Shown in pieces: positions 29,954 through 40,134 of a stretch of DNA of 64,000 nt. The notes below the pieces were generated by a model. It searched no databases. It had not been told where the DNA came from and worked only from the letters and a program-made list of their open reading frames with translations. The first letter of the stretch is position 1, and every line of letters begins with the position of its first letter. The position numbers and the translations under genes are program-made. Source of the DNA: Chloropicon primus (Eukaryota); assembly GCA_023205875.1 (NCBI GenBank), contig CP060756.1, positions 1,054,001 to 1,118,000 on the forward strand, written 5' to 3'.

Positions 29954-32176
29954 TCAGGCCTTCTCCGCCTGGATTGCTCTCAGGGTTGGCAAGTTGCCGC
30001 CGTCCATCATCTCTGGCCTTCCAAGGGCGTCCCACAGGAACTTGTTCGTGGCCAGAGGAGGTGGAGGGGGCGTTGGGGGTGGCGACGGCGCGGGCGGACA
30101 CTTGATCGGCAGAAGCAACTCGAGGTCCATCTTGAAGCTGGACGTGACGCAGAGGCTGCTCGAGACGTTCATCCCAAGGGCGTGCTGGGCCAGGAACGCC
30201 GAGGACTTCTCCAAGGCCGACCTCGTTTTCTCCCTGTCGGTGGTCACGTACAGGAGGGCAATGAGCAGCTTGTGCAAGACGGCGTGGGGCACGGCCTCCT
30301 TGCTTCTCTCCAGGATCTTCAAGACTGTTGAGGGCACACAAATCTCCTGGAAGTAAGACCTGAAGGCGTCCCTGGTGGCCAAGCAGTACAGCAGCTGCGC
30401 CGCCGAGTCTTGGAGCAAGAACTTCACCTTTTCCTCGGGCTCCTCGTCCGGTGCCTTCTCGCTCTCCTCCGTTGGCTTGTCCTCTCCCTCCTGGGCGGCT
30501 TCCTCGTGCCCTTCCTCCTTGGTTTCCTCCTCTCCGGCGTCTGTTTGCGACTCCTCGCCGTCCTCGGGGGGGGCTCCAGGCTCCTCCACTTCCCCTTCCG
30601 TGGGGACCCGGACTGTCTCAAAATTGAGATCCCCGCTCGAGATTGTGAACAAGGCCGAGATGAGGCCGTGCCCCACAACCTCCTCCTCGGCCGGCTCGCC
30701 ATCTTCGCCTGCAGCCTCCTCCTCCGCTTTCTGGTCTGCGCTCTCACCTTCGTTGGAGGCGGCAGCAGGGCCATCTGCGGACTCTGCCGCCTTCTTGCCT
30801 TCCTGCCCCTCGGCTTCGCCACCCACCCCCGCTTCCTCGGTCTCCTCTTCACTTTTCTTCTCCTCGGGAGAGAATTCTATGACCTTCGTGAGCGCCTTGA
30901 AGAATCCCAGGCCCTCCTCCCCGTCGCAAAGATCGAAAAGGCTTTTGGTGAGCGACAGAATCGCGGCGGCTTCCTCCTCGGACACGGAATCGTCGTCCTC
31001 GGGCCCCTTGGCAGGCTCGTCCTGCTTCTTGGGGCTCTCCCCCTCCTGGGGCTCCTGGGGCTCTTCCTTGACTGGGCCCTTGACCAGGAGTCTCACTTTC
31101 TCTCCCAGCAGCGCTGACATGTTCAGATCAAGGCACTGCTTGGCCACGGCCTTCGCGCCCACTTGGGCCGCCCTGGCCAGCAACTCGACCACGAGGCCCC
31201 TCCCCGCCAAGGTGGGCATCTTGACCGCGGGGTCGCCCGTCTTGGCCTCCAAAAAGTCGTTGTATAGCCTCATGTTCAAGCCCACGAGGGAATCAGTGAG
31301 CTTGCAGAGGAAGGGCTCGGTCAAGTGGCTGGCATTGTTCTTCACGAGAGCGGCCACCGCGCTCAGCGCCTTGGTGTGCTCGTCCGTGACATCGAAGGCG
31401 GCCTGGGTTTCCTTGTCCTTGGCACCTTCCTCTTCTCCCGTCGCCTCCTTGCTCTGAACGTAAGCCCTGAACGGCTCCAGAACCACCTCGAGCGTGCCGT
31501 TGAGCGCGTCGTGAAACCCCTGCTCCGTCGGGAAGCGCACGGGGGCGCTGCACAGGAACTCGAGCAAGCTGGACTTCACCACGGCGGACTGCTTCTCCTT
31601 CGCCTCCAGGAGGGCGCCAAGAAGCTTTTCCTCCAGCGCCGAGCTCAGGACCAGCAGCTTGGAGTTGCCGTGGCTGTAGATGTCGTACAAGTTGGCCAGG
31701 GACTCGGTCAAGGTCGTGTAGTTCGCGGCGAGCTCCTTGGTGCCGTCCTTCTTCGGGGACCCTTTCCCTGGGCTCGCGCCCGCGCTCTTCTCCACCACGG
31801 TGGAGGACAGCTTGAGGTACGACGCGATCGTCTGCTCAATTTGCTGGGGCTCCGCGCCGCCGGTGCTCCTGACGACCTGGTCGAAGCAGCGCAGGGCTTT
31901 CACGCTGTTTCCCAAGTCCCCGAGCTCGAGCAGCTTGGAGAAGCACCGCAGCACCATTTTCGGGAAGTCCTTGGTCACGAGCTCGTTCAAGAAGCACGGT
32001 ATCCTCTTCTCGACCGCGGACGCGACGATGCTCAGCCCCGCCATGATGTCCTTGGCCTCCTCTGCCTTGAGCTTCCCCAAGACCCCCTCCACGAACTCGT
32101 CCAGCTGCTCCCTCTTCTCCCTCTCCCTCTCCTCCTCCTGCCGCTCCCTCTCTCCCTCCGCGTCGGACGAAGACAT
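29954..32176 (-). CDS. Hypothetical helical (ARM/HEAT-like) protein with acidic insertions (740 aa)
   Basis: Long ATG-initiated ORF with host-like codon usage; Leu-rich helical segments and E-rich loops; no family recognised. Confidence 0.75.
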   Translation of the reverse strand: MSSSDAEGERERQEEEREREKREQLDEFVEGVLGKLKAEEAKDIMAGLSIVASAVEKRIPCFLNELVTKDFPKMVLRCFSKLLELGDLGNSVKALRCFDQVVRSTGGAEPQQIEQTIASYLKLSSTVVEKSAGASPGKGSPKKDGTKELAANYTTLTESLANLYDIYSHGNSKLLVLSSALEEKLLGALLEAKEKQSAVVKSSLLEFLCSAPVRFPTEQGFHDALNGTLEVVLEPFRAYVQSKEATGEEEGAKDKETQAAFDVTDEHTKALSAVAALVKNNASHLTEPFLCKLTDSLVGLNMRLYNDFLEAKTGDPAVKMPTLAGRGLVVELLARAAQVGAKAVAKQCLDLNMSALLGEKVRLLVKGPVKEEPQEPQEGESPKKQDEPAKGPEDDDSVSEEEAAAILSLTKSLFDLCDGEEGLGFFKALTKVIEFSPEEKKSEEETEEAGVGGEAEGQEGKKAAESADGPAAASNEGESADQKAEEEAAGEDGEPAEEEVVGHGLISALFTISSGDLNFETVRVPTEGEVEEPGAPPEDGEESQTDAGEEETKEEGHEEAAQEGEDKPTEESEKAPDEEPEEKVKFLLQDSAAQLLYCLATRDAFRSYFQEICVPSTVLKILERSKEAVPHAVLHKLLIALLYVTTDREKTRSALEKSSAFLAQHALGMNVSSSLCVTSSFKMDLELLLPIKCPPAPSPPPTPPPPPLATNKFLWDALGRPEMMDGGNLPTLRAIQAEKA

Positions 32177-32505
32177 TGTCGCAAGAACTCACAACCGGCG
32201 CCCCCGACTACGACCAGCACTTCAACCGCACTTCAACCGCACTCCTCGTCCTCAGCTCCTTCCGCCCCTTGGGTCCGCCCAAGCAAAGCCCCCTCTCCAG
32301 CGCTGACCTTTGCTTTTAATTTAACGACGACCTTGATCGTCGTACAAGAGTTCGGATGTGACGGACGCAGCGAGGAGAGGTGGTGGTGGTGTCATCCAAA
32401 ACGGAGGAGAGAGAGAGGGCGCGCGCGTTACGGGGCGAGAGGGTGTCTTGAGAGAAGAGAGGGGAGAGAGGAGGGGGCTGGGGGAGGGAAGGTCTTGAGG
32501 ACGCC

Positions 32506-33464
32506 ATGATTAAGCTATTTTCGGTCAAGGTGAGTGATCGCGGGGGAGGGGGACCGAGGAGGAACGACGAGAAAACGTCTGTACCCGTCACAAGGACGGG
32601 GACGAGGCAACGGCGTCGTCGGCGCGGGTCGTTGGCCTCGCTCGGAAATCGAGTCCCTCGGAGCCGAGGGGGATGGTGTATTGACCCGACTCCCTTCCTC
32701 CCTTTTTTGCGTTTGCCACGAGCACAGGAGAAGCAGGAGCGGGAGAGGAGGGAAAACGCGGAGCAAGCGAAGGCTGGGGTGAAGAAAGCTTCCGCGAGCG
32801 AGCTTCGTTTGCAAAAGGGTACGCCCTCGTCCGAAACGCTCGTGCTCGCTCCCTCCCTGTCGCGGCGCTGACTCTCTCTCTCTCTTTCTCTCTCCACCAC
32901 CCCCTTCTCTTTCTTGTAGATATCTCGGAGCTCAACCTACCCAAGCAGATAAAGATCGCGTTCCCGGACGGCCCTAACAAGCTCAACCGCTTCATCATCA
33001 TCGTGTCGCCGGATGAGGGGTACTACAAGTAAGTCGTCCCCTCCGCGCCCTTTGTTCCCTCCGGAGCGCTGCTGACCTCGCCGTTTCTTTTTTTGTTGTT
33101 TGCGCTTCCTCGTGTGTGTCCCAGGGGAGGGAGATTCAGCTTTAGCTTCAACATGCCTGACACCTATCCTCACGACCCGCCAAAGGTGAAGTGCGAGAGC
33201 CCGCGGCCTGTGTACCACCCAAACATCGACCTGGAGGGCAACGTGTGCTTGAACATTTTGAGAGAGGACTGGAAGCCCGTGCTCTCCATCAGCTCGGTGG
33301 TCTACGGCTTGCAGTTCCTCTTCTTGGACCCAAACCCTGACGACCCGCTGAACAAGGACGCGGCAAAGGTGCTTGCGAGTGACTCGAGGCAGTTCCAGAT
33401 CAACGTGAGGAGGAGCATGGGCGGCTGCTACATCGGGAACACGTACTTTCCACCTTGCAAGTGA
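32506..33464 (+). CDS. UBC12: NEDD8/RUB1-conjugating enzyme UBC12/RCE1 (187 aa); exons 32506-32529, 32728-32818, 32920-33028, 33125-33464
   Basis: MIKLFSVK…[15 protein letters not shown]…PDEGYYKGGRF…[24 protein letters not shown]; three GT-AG introns keep the frame. Confidence 0.95.
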
Positions 33465-33600
33465 GGCAGCAGTGGTTCTTGTGGTTTGGTTTTGTAAAAC
33501 AAAGGGAACAGGATCAAAACACTGTTATATTACATTTTGGTTCGCTCTCTGTCCAGGGGAAGGGCGACTCGCTTCGTCGTCGCGGCGCTCCCTTGGGTCT

Positions 33601-34010
33601 CTAGTAACCTCCCGAGGAACGGCCGCACTGGAGGAAGGAGCCCGCTCCGAGGAAAAGCCCAAAGATGGCCGCGCTGCTCACCGTCGTCTGACCGATGTAT
33701 CGAATCTTGTACAGTCCTGGGATCTGCAGGTGCGGGGATGGACACGGAGAGCGCGCGTCAGCCTCGAGCCCCGGACGGTCGGTCGACCTTCGAAGAAGGA
33801 TCCCGGGAAAGGAAAAAAAACTCACCTGGTATCTGAAGGCCTCGTAAGTGCCGTACATTGCACCTTTCGAATACCGCACGACGCACAAACGCCACTACGA
33901 GTCAGTGGTTTGGGTTCGAAACGCGGCTCGCGACCACCCACGCAAAAAAATTCCCGTCACGCCGTCGTCGAGCCAGCCCTCTCACGAACGGAACGGGGAA
34001 AACGAAACCG

Positions 34011-34048
<38 letters not shown>

Positions 34049-34154
34049 CGGGGGTATGGGTATGGTATGGTCGTGCCTCCTTACCTATGGCTCCCCCCAA
34101 GCTCCCTCCCACGGTCGCGCCCGTGGCAACCTTTCTCATGCAACGCGAGTCCAT
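33601..34154 (-). CDS. ROMO1: ROMO1/MGR2 mitochondrial inner-membrane protein (76 aa); exons 34154-34085, 33863-33826, 33723-33601
   Basis: Spliced MDSRCMRKVATGATVGGSLGGAIGAMYGTYEAFRYQIPGLYKIRYIGQTTVSSAAIFGLFLGAGSFLQCGR…; intron 1 contains a (CA/TG)n tract. Confidence 0.9.
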
Positions 34155-34586
34155 CTCCCAAGGCAATTCCTTCTCCCTCACACGCAAAACACCACGAGCC
34201 TCTCGCCTTCTCTCTCTCTCTCTCTCTCTCTCTCTTTTGGACTCGTCCTCTTCTTCGTCGTCGGGTGTGAGAGGCGGTGGAACCAAGCGCGGAGAGGAAG
34301 AGGTAAGGTGGTTTTGAGGACGCTGTGAGGGCGAAGGGGAGGGTCGGAGGGGGATTTGAGGGCGACCTGTGTGGCCGTGATCTTTTGCTCTTTCTGCCAA
34401 GCCCTCGCTGGAAAGGAATGACGACGTGGTGAAGGCTGGAGAGACTGAAACGTTCGCATCATCTTCTGTTTCGTTTCGCGGGGTCAGTGAGTGAGTGAGC
34501 ACGCGACGGGAGGGGAGAGGGGTTGTGCGTTGAATCGCTCGTGTCTCCGTCGCGCTAGCCTTGGAAGGATACCGTCTGTCGCCGGG

Positions 34587-35984
34587 ATGGGGGGAGGGAG
34601 GAAGGTGAGGTCGAGGGGGAAGGGGAAGAGGGAAATCTTGAAGAGCCATCCGATGGAGCTGGGGGACTCCAGGGGGTCGTCGGGGGAGTGGGAAGTGGGT
34701 GGTTCGCCCGAGGAGGGGAGCCCGAAGAGCGAAGAGAGCAAGTTCAGCTCCTTGTACGTGAGGACTCTGTCCGGGGTGGCGCTCGCGTTGGGTTTTGGCG
34801 TCATCATAAGGCTGGGCCACCTCTACTGCTTGGTGTTCCTGCTCTGCATCCAGGCCGTGATCACGAGGGAGCTCTTTGACCTCGCGAGGAAGACGGTGAA
34901 CATGAAGACCGAGGACGAGACGAAGGATCTCCCGGGCTTCAGGGTTCAGCAGTGGTACATCTTCTCCGTCGCTTGCTTCTACATGTACGGCAGGCTGCTG
35001 CACGAGATCATTCTCGTGGAGGTGAGCAGCCCCAACTCGAAGGCGACCACTGCGGGCAAGGTGCTCATGTCCGGGCTCTGGTTCGTCCTGAAGAGGCATA
35101 TGCTGATCACGTACTTCCTGTACGTCATAGGGTTCGTCATGGGGGTCCTCAGCCTCAAGAAGGGAAAGCTGAGGTACCAGTTTGGCCAGTACGCCTCGAC
35201 CATAGCTATCATCCTGTTCGTGCTCGTCCAAACGTCGTTCTTCGTCGCGAACATCTTCGACGGGCTCATCTGGTTCGTCCTGCCCTGCGCGCTCGTCATC
35301 GTGAACGACATCATGGCCTACTTCGCGGGAAAGGGCTTTGGAAGGACGCCGCTGATCAAGCTCTCCCCGAAGAAGACGATGGAGGGTTTCGTCGGGGGAG
35401 GAGCCCTCACCGTGCTCCTCTCCATCCCCCTGTCGGAGGTCATGTCGCGCTTCGAGTGGCTGACTTGCTCCAGATCGTCGTTCGCCAAGGAGAACCTGGA
35501 GTGCAGGTACAGCCAAGTGTTCGAGCCGGCGTTGTACCACATGACGGACTTCATCCCATCGGTTCTGCACCAGTTCCAGGAGTCCTGGCTGAGCTACCTT
35601 GACTTTGCGTTCGAGGTGAAGCCCATAGTCATCCACGGGATCTTCTTGGCGATCTTCGCGTCGTCGATTGCCCCGTTTGGCGGGTTCTTCGCATCCGGAG
35701 TCAAGAGGGCCCTCAAGATCAAGGACTTTGGGGATTCCATTCCGGGGCACGGTGGGTTGACCGACAGGATGGACTGCCAGTGCGTGATGGCGGTGTTCAG
35801 CTATGTCTGGGTCCGCAACTTCGTGGACCCGTACAGTCTTGCCACCGCCGGTCTGTTGTCACGGATTCTACTGCTGGACAAACAAAGCAAGTTGGCCTTG
35901 TTCACTCGATTGGGATACTTGCTCCACGGACAAGGGGTGCTGCCAGCCAAAGTTGTACAGGAATTGAATAAAATCAAAGTATGA
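34587..35984 (+). CDS. CDS1: Phosphatidate cytidylyltransferase (CDP-diacylglycerol synthase), eukaryotic type
   Basis: NDIMAYF, GRTPLIKLSPKKTMEGF, APFGGFFASGVKRALKIKDFGDSIPGHGGLTDRMDCQ. Start could be 34587 or 34653. Confidence 0.95.
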   Translation: MGGGRKVRSRGKGKREILKSHPMELGDSRGSSGEWEVGGSPEEGSPKSEESKFSSLYVRTLSGVALALGFGVIIRLGHLYCLVFLLCIQAVITRELFDLARKTVNMKTEDETKDLPGFRVQQWYIFSVACFYMYGRLLHEIILVEVSSPNSKATTAGKVLMSGLWFVLKRHMLITYFLYVIGFVMGVLSLKKGKLRYQFGQYASTIAIILFVLVQTSFFVANIFDGLIWFVLPCALVIVNDIMAYFAGKGFGRTPLIKLSPKKTMEGFVGGGALTVLLSIPLSEVMSRFEWLTCSRSSFAKENLECRYSQVFEPALYHMTDFIPSVLHQFQESWLSYLDFAFEVKPIVIHGIFLAIFASSIAPFGGFFASGVKRALKIKDFGDSIPGHGGLTDRMDCQCVMAVFSYVWVRNFVDPYSLATAGLLSRILLLDKQSKLALFTRLGYLLHGQGVLPAKVVQELNKIKV

Positions 35985-36642
35985 AAACATGTTTAACTAG
36001 AATAATTTTGTTTTTTCGTTTTGTTTTACAGCCCCTGCTCTCTGCCTGTCAGTCGAGAAGGAGAAAAAGAGGAGGATCCTGAGTGGTCAGCGCCTTTGGC
36101 ATCCGGGCAAGCGGGTGGACACGAAAAGGGGAGAGTGGAATGATGTGGCATCCGTTCGTAGTGCTTTATATACAGGCAAGCAACGGCCGTGCAAGACTGT
36201 CAGGATGAAATGCCGATTTCCTTCTCGCAGACCGCAGCATACGTTGGAAAGAACAGATCCCTACCAACGATTAACACGGTGCTTAGGCGTGTCACGCGGA
36301 CACGCAAGACTTTTTTCGCTCTCACCTGAAATGCCAATGGCTTTTTGTCTCCAAAGGGCGACGAGCAGGACAGGGGAGGCACTGCAATGGACGGCGGAAA
36401 AGAAAGTGTTAGCAAACCGAGTGTTTCTTTCACGCTCGTGTAATGATGTAGCCCCTGTTCCAGATGCTCTTCTTGAGACAAGAAAAGCATAAACGATGAC
36501 AGTGAGCGATTGATGTTGCACCGAAGCGAACGACCTTAGGCATGAAGAGCCTGAAGACGATTAAGACGGTGCCTCGAAGGAGGGTTGTTTTGGAGAGTTC
36601 TTTCTACCCTACCTCGCGGAGTTGCCAGCCCCAACAAAAACT

Positions 36643-37062
36643 CTACATGTACGGGATGAGCTCCCGTACTTCCACGCGGTCGACCTTGAAATGCCCTTCC
36701 TCGCCCTGGCTGCCCCGCTTGTACGTGATCACGGCCTGACCTTCCGAGATGTCGCAAGGGATGACAACTTGGGGACTTGGGGGCCGGGGGCGCCTTTCCT
36801 CTGCGTCAGGATCTCGCAGGCCCCTCATCCTCTCCATCTCCTCGAAGGAGTTCGCCTTGCCCCGGAAGCGCGCCACATACGACCCGTTTCCCTTCTTCTG
36901 AACATTAGCCACGCCTTTCTTGTAGTAGACCCTCTCCAATTGGAGGTCCTCCCCGCAATTGCAGGTGAAGTGCACGTTGGTCCCCGACCCCCCACCGCAA
37001 ACCCCAGCGACCCAGTCCTGGGCGTAGAACTCCTTCACCTCCAAGTCCTGGACCCCGCTCAT
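36643..37062 (-). CDS. Hypothetical 139-aa protein (WVAGVxGGGSG motif)
   Basis: ATG-initiated intronless ORF with biased codons and globular-looking sequence. Confidence 0.7.
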   Translation of the reverse strand: MSGVQDLEVKEFYAQDWVAGVCGGGSGTNVHFTCNCGEDLQLERVYYKKGVANVQKKGNGSYVARFRGKANSFEEMERMRGLRDPDAEERRPRPPSPQVVIPCDISEGQAVITYKRGSQGEEGHFKVDRVEVRELIPYM

Positions 37063-37422
37063 TCGCCTGGGTCTCTAGTCTTCCACCGCGTACGCCTTTC
37101 CGCGTGTCTTCCGCGTTGTCGTCCTCACCGCCGCCGCTCCCACTCCCTTTCTTCGATCCCTCCCTTCATGATCATGATCGTCGCCGGCCTTCGCTTTTTG
37201 TCTGAGGAGAACAAACCGACCGAGGAGAAGAGAGAGAGAGAGAGAGAGAGAGGAAGCGGAAGCTGACGACGGAGAGGCGTCGGGACAGGGGGGAAGGGTT
37301 GGGAGAGAGGGAAGGCGGAAGAAGCGATTTGTCCTGTGTCTTTCGAAAGAGTTCTTGCTTTAGAGGGACGACGCCAGGGGTGAGGATTGGAGAGCGAAAG
37401 AGTACGAGAGAGCAGAGGGAGG

Positions 37423-37980
37423 ATGAAGTTGGGAGGGGCTGTCGCTAGAGGGAAGGCGGGGTCGTCCGTGTCGGTGGCGCCGATGGCGAGGGCCGTGGCG
37501 AAGGCAAACCACCTTGTAAGCAGGGGGTACGAGGGGAGAAGAACGAGAAGGGGAGGATGCGGAGTCAGCGGGACGACGAGAAGGTTGAGCGTCCCAGAGT
37601 CGAGGAGGACCGGCGCGGGTGGTGTGAGGCCGAGGGACTTGGCCTGCGGGGCAGGAATGGTCCAGAAGCTGACTACGCAGGAGCTGGAGGTCGCGATATC
37701 GAGCAGAGATAAGCCTATGGTCATCGATTTTTTCGCCACCTGGTGTGGACCTTGCGTCATGCTGTCCAAAGTCCTGGAACAGCTCGCGGTGGAGTTGGGA
37801 GACAGTGTCCAGTTCGTGAAGGTCGACACGGACGAGGAGGTGGAGCTGGCCAGCTTCTTCCAGATTCAGGGCCTCCCGACCTTGATGGTTCTCGGGAAAG
37901 ACAACGGGGGAAAAGTGCTGAGAGCGGAGGGTTTGCTGCCCCCTGACCAGATCAAGCAAATGATACAAGAAGTTTCCTAG
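37423..37980 (+). CDS. Plastid thioredoxin, TRX z/CITRX type
   Basis: Transit-peptide-like N-terminus; IDFFATWCGPC, VKVDTDEE, IQGLPTL, LRAEGLLP as in TRX z. Confidence 0.85.
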   Translation: MKLGGAVARGKAGSSVSVAPMARAVAKANHLVSRGYEGRRTRRGGCGVSGTTRRLSVPESRRTGAGGVRPRDLACGAGMVQKLTTQELEVAISSRDKPMVIDFFATWCGPCVMLSKVLEQLAVELGDSVQFVKVDTDEEVELASFFQIQGLPTLMVLGKDNGGKVLRAEGLLPPDQIKQMIQEVS

Positions 37981-38047
37981 GGCAGGCTCTTAAAAGGACA
38001 ATGCAAGAAATAGAGACAAACGCAGATAAAGGCGATCGAGTCGCTGC

Positions 38048-39328
38048 TCACTGCTGGTGAAAGATTCCGCCGTAGAGGCGCTTCTGCTCCTCCCTGTCCC
38101 TCTGCGCGACTTTCTTCAGCTTCCTCAAGTCCTCCTCGGCCTCCAGGTTCCACGGCTCGAGGTCCTTCACCTTCTCCAGGTCCGCCTTGGCGCTCTCGTA
38201 CTCGTGCCTCATGGTGAACCCTTTCGCCCTCCTGAGCAAGCCTTTGATGTTCTCCCCATCCAAATCGATGGCCTTGCTGCAGAACTGGACGCACTCCCCC
38301 GCGTTCTTCTGTGCCAGGTGGACCGCGGCGATATTCAAGTAAGTGGATATCCTGTTCTTGTCGATCTCCTTCTGGTCGTAGCCGCTCATCCCGACGACGA
38401 GCTCGACGATTCCCAAGGCCCTCTCGTACTGCTTCAACGCGGCCTGGAACTTGCGGTCCCTGTAGAGCTCGTTCCCCTTCCTCCTCTCCTCGAGGTGCTC
38501 GTTCAGGGCGCCCAGGAGCTGGTCCGTCGGCAGCCGAACCTGCTGCTTGGTCTTGAGCTTCCACTCGTGGTGCCACTCCATGCTGGGGCTCGACACGATC
38601 TGGTACATCATCTCCTCGGCCTCGTCTTCCGACAAGCGGCCCTCGTCCATCATCCTCTTGGCCGAGTCCAGCAGCTTGAGCACCTCCCTGTTGTTGGCCC
38701 ACTTGCTAAAGTCGTTGTTCGGGTCGTTGCAAAAGGTGTTGATGATCCGCCTCAGCACGCGGTTCTCGAGGTAGGGTGCAATGTTCTTCTGGGCGTCGTA
38801 ATCCGCGCTCAACACCTTGTCCTGGAACTCGGCATACTTCGCCTTCCTGGCCAGGCGACCCGCCTTCTTGAACTCCTTCTTCTGGTGCTTCTCCAGCAGC
38901 GCCTTGTTCTCCGGCCTCTGCGCGTACTCCTTGAAGCTTTGTTCCTGTGGCGGGGGGAGGGAAGAAGACAGAGTTTCGGTGCGGGGGCGAAGTTCCAGTC
39001 AGAGGTGCTGAGTTGAGACTCTCAACTTGAGAGCAAGGATCGAAACGGACTACTACTCACAAAGGCCTTGCCGAAGTCCCCGTTCATGATCGCTGGCAAG
39101 TCGCTCCTCGTCGCGTTCTGCAGGCCTGGGGCTCCCATGTCGCCCGACGTGATCCCTGGATGAGGTTCGCACGAAAGAACAAAGACCACACGAGTTGGAA
39201 CGTCAGCGCGTTGCCCGCATCGAGGAACGAAAAAAAAAAAGAAAACTAAGCCACGACCTCAAAGTTTTCCGCGCGAGTGACCCACCTCCATTCACCCCGG
39301 ATCCCGAAGGCGCCCAAGGATCGTCCAT
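38048..39328 (-). CDS. TPR-repeat protein (FKBP/cyclophilin-40-type TPR clamp); exons 39328-39286, 39155-39061, 38944-38048
   Basis: RRKGNELYR…YERAL, YLNIAAVHL…CSKAIDLDGENIKGLLRRAK; last intron GTGAGT…CAG is clear; the first exon (GTGGGT donor, phase 1) is less certain. Confidence 0.8.
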
Positions 39329-40134
39329 CTTCTCTGTCTCTGCCCCCCTGTGCGCCTCGGCCGTTTTTGGTTTTTCACTCGAGCGTTTCCCGGTTTCCCT
39401 CCTGGAAAAGTGTACCATATTTCACACTCGTTAGCGGGTCTAGGTCCGCAAAAGGCACAAGGACCGTCGTCTCAAGTTGTCGTTGGGAAGGGAAATGCCG
39501 AGGCCCAGCCCAGCAGACGGCCCGTTCGCAAGGCAAGGCAAGACAAGACAAGACAAGACGTCTCCTTGTTCCTCTTTCTCTCTTGAAGATTGAAGAAAGA
39601 TAAAGATTGAAGAAAGATGAAGATGGTGGTCCATCATCAGGACCCAGGACCCGAGGAGGAAGCAGAAGGAACACCACCAGGTTGGCAGGTTTGATTAATC
39701 TTTCCTTTCTTTCCCTCTGTTCCCTTGAAAGTGGTACGTCGTCGAGGAGTTTCGGGAGGAAAATCCAAAAGTTTAAGTTTTATAATCCCAAGACAAGGGG
39801 GGGGTGAGGAAGGAAAGGAAAGGAAAGGGGACGAGACGGGAGACCGAACGGGCGGGAGGACGAGGGCACTTCGGGCGGAGCGCAGGGAGGGGTTCTTTGT
39901 GAGGAGAAGAGGAGGAGAGGGGAGAGGGGAGAAACGGGAAGGGTACTGGTGGAAGGGCACCCCTCGCTCTCGGAGGACGTCCTGGGAGAGCGAACGAAGG
40001 ACGTGCGCTTCGGACGGGAAGGGGGGGGAGTGGGAACGTGGTAACAATCTTGGTGTTACCCTTCACCAAGATGTGCGACAAGTGAGGAAGGAGAGGAACA
40101 CACACGCGCGCGCGAACACACAGGGCGAATAAAG

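Noticed and set aside
29954..32176. Assignment to a specific ciliary ARM protein family
   Set aside because: No motif recognised with enough confidence.
33957..35750. 597-aa minus-strand ORF
   Set aside because: Antisense shadow of the CDP-DAG synthase running into ROMO1 exon 1 and intron.
39330..40134. Hidden gene in the 800-bp divergent gap
   Set aside because: Purine-rich low-complexity sequence and short repeats typical of promoter/5' UTR; no coherent ORF.
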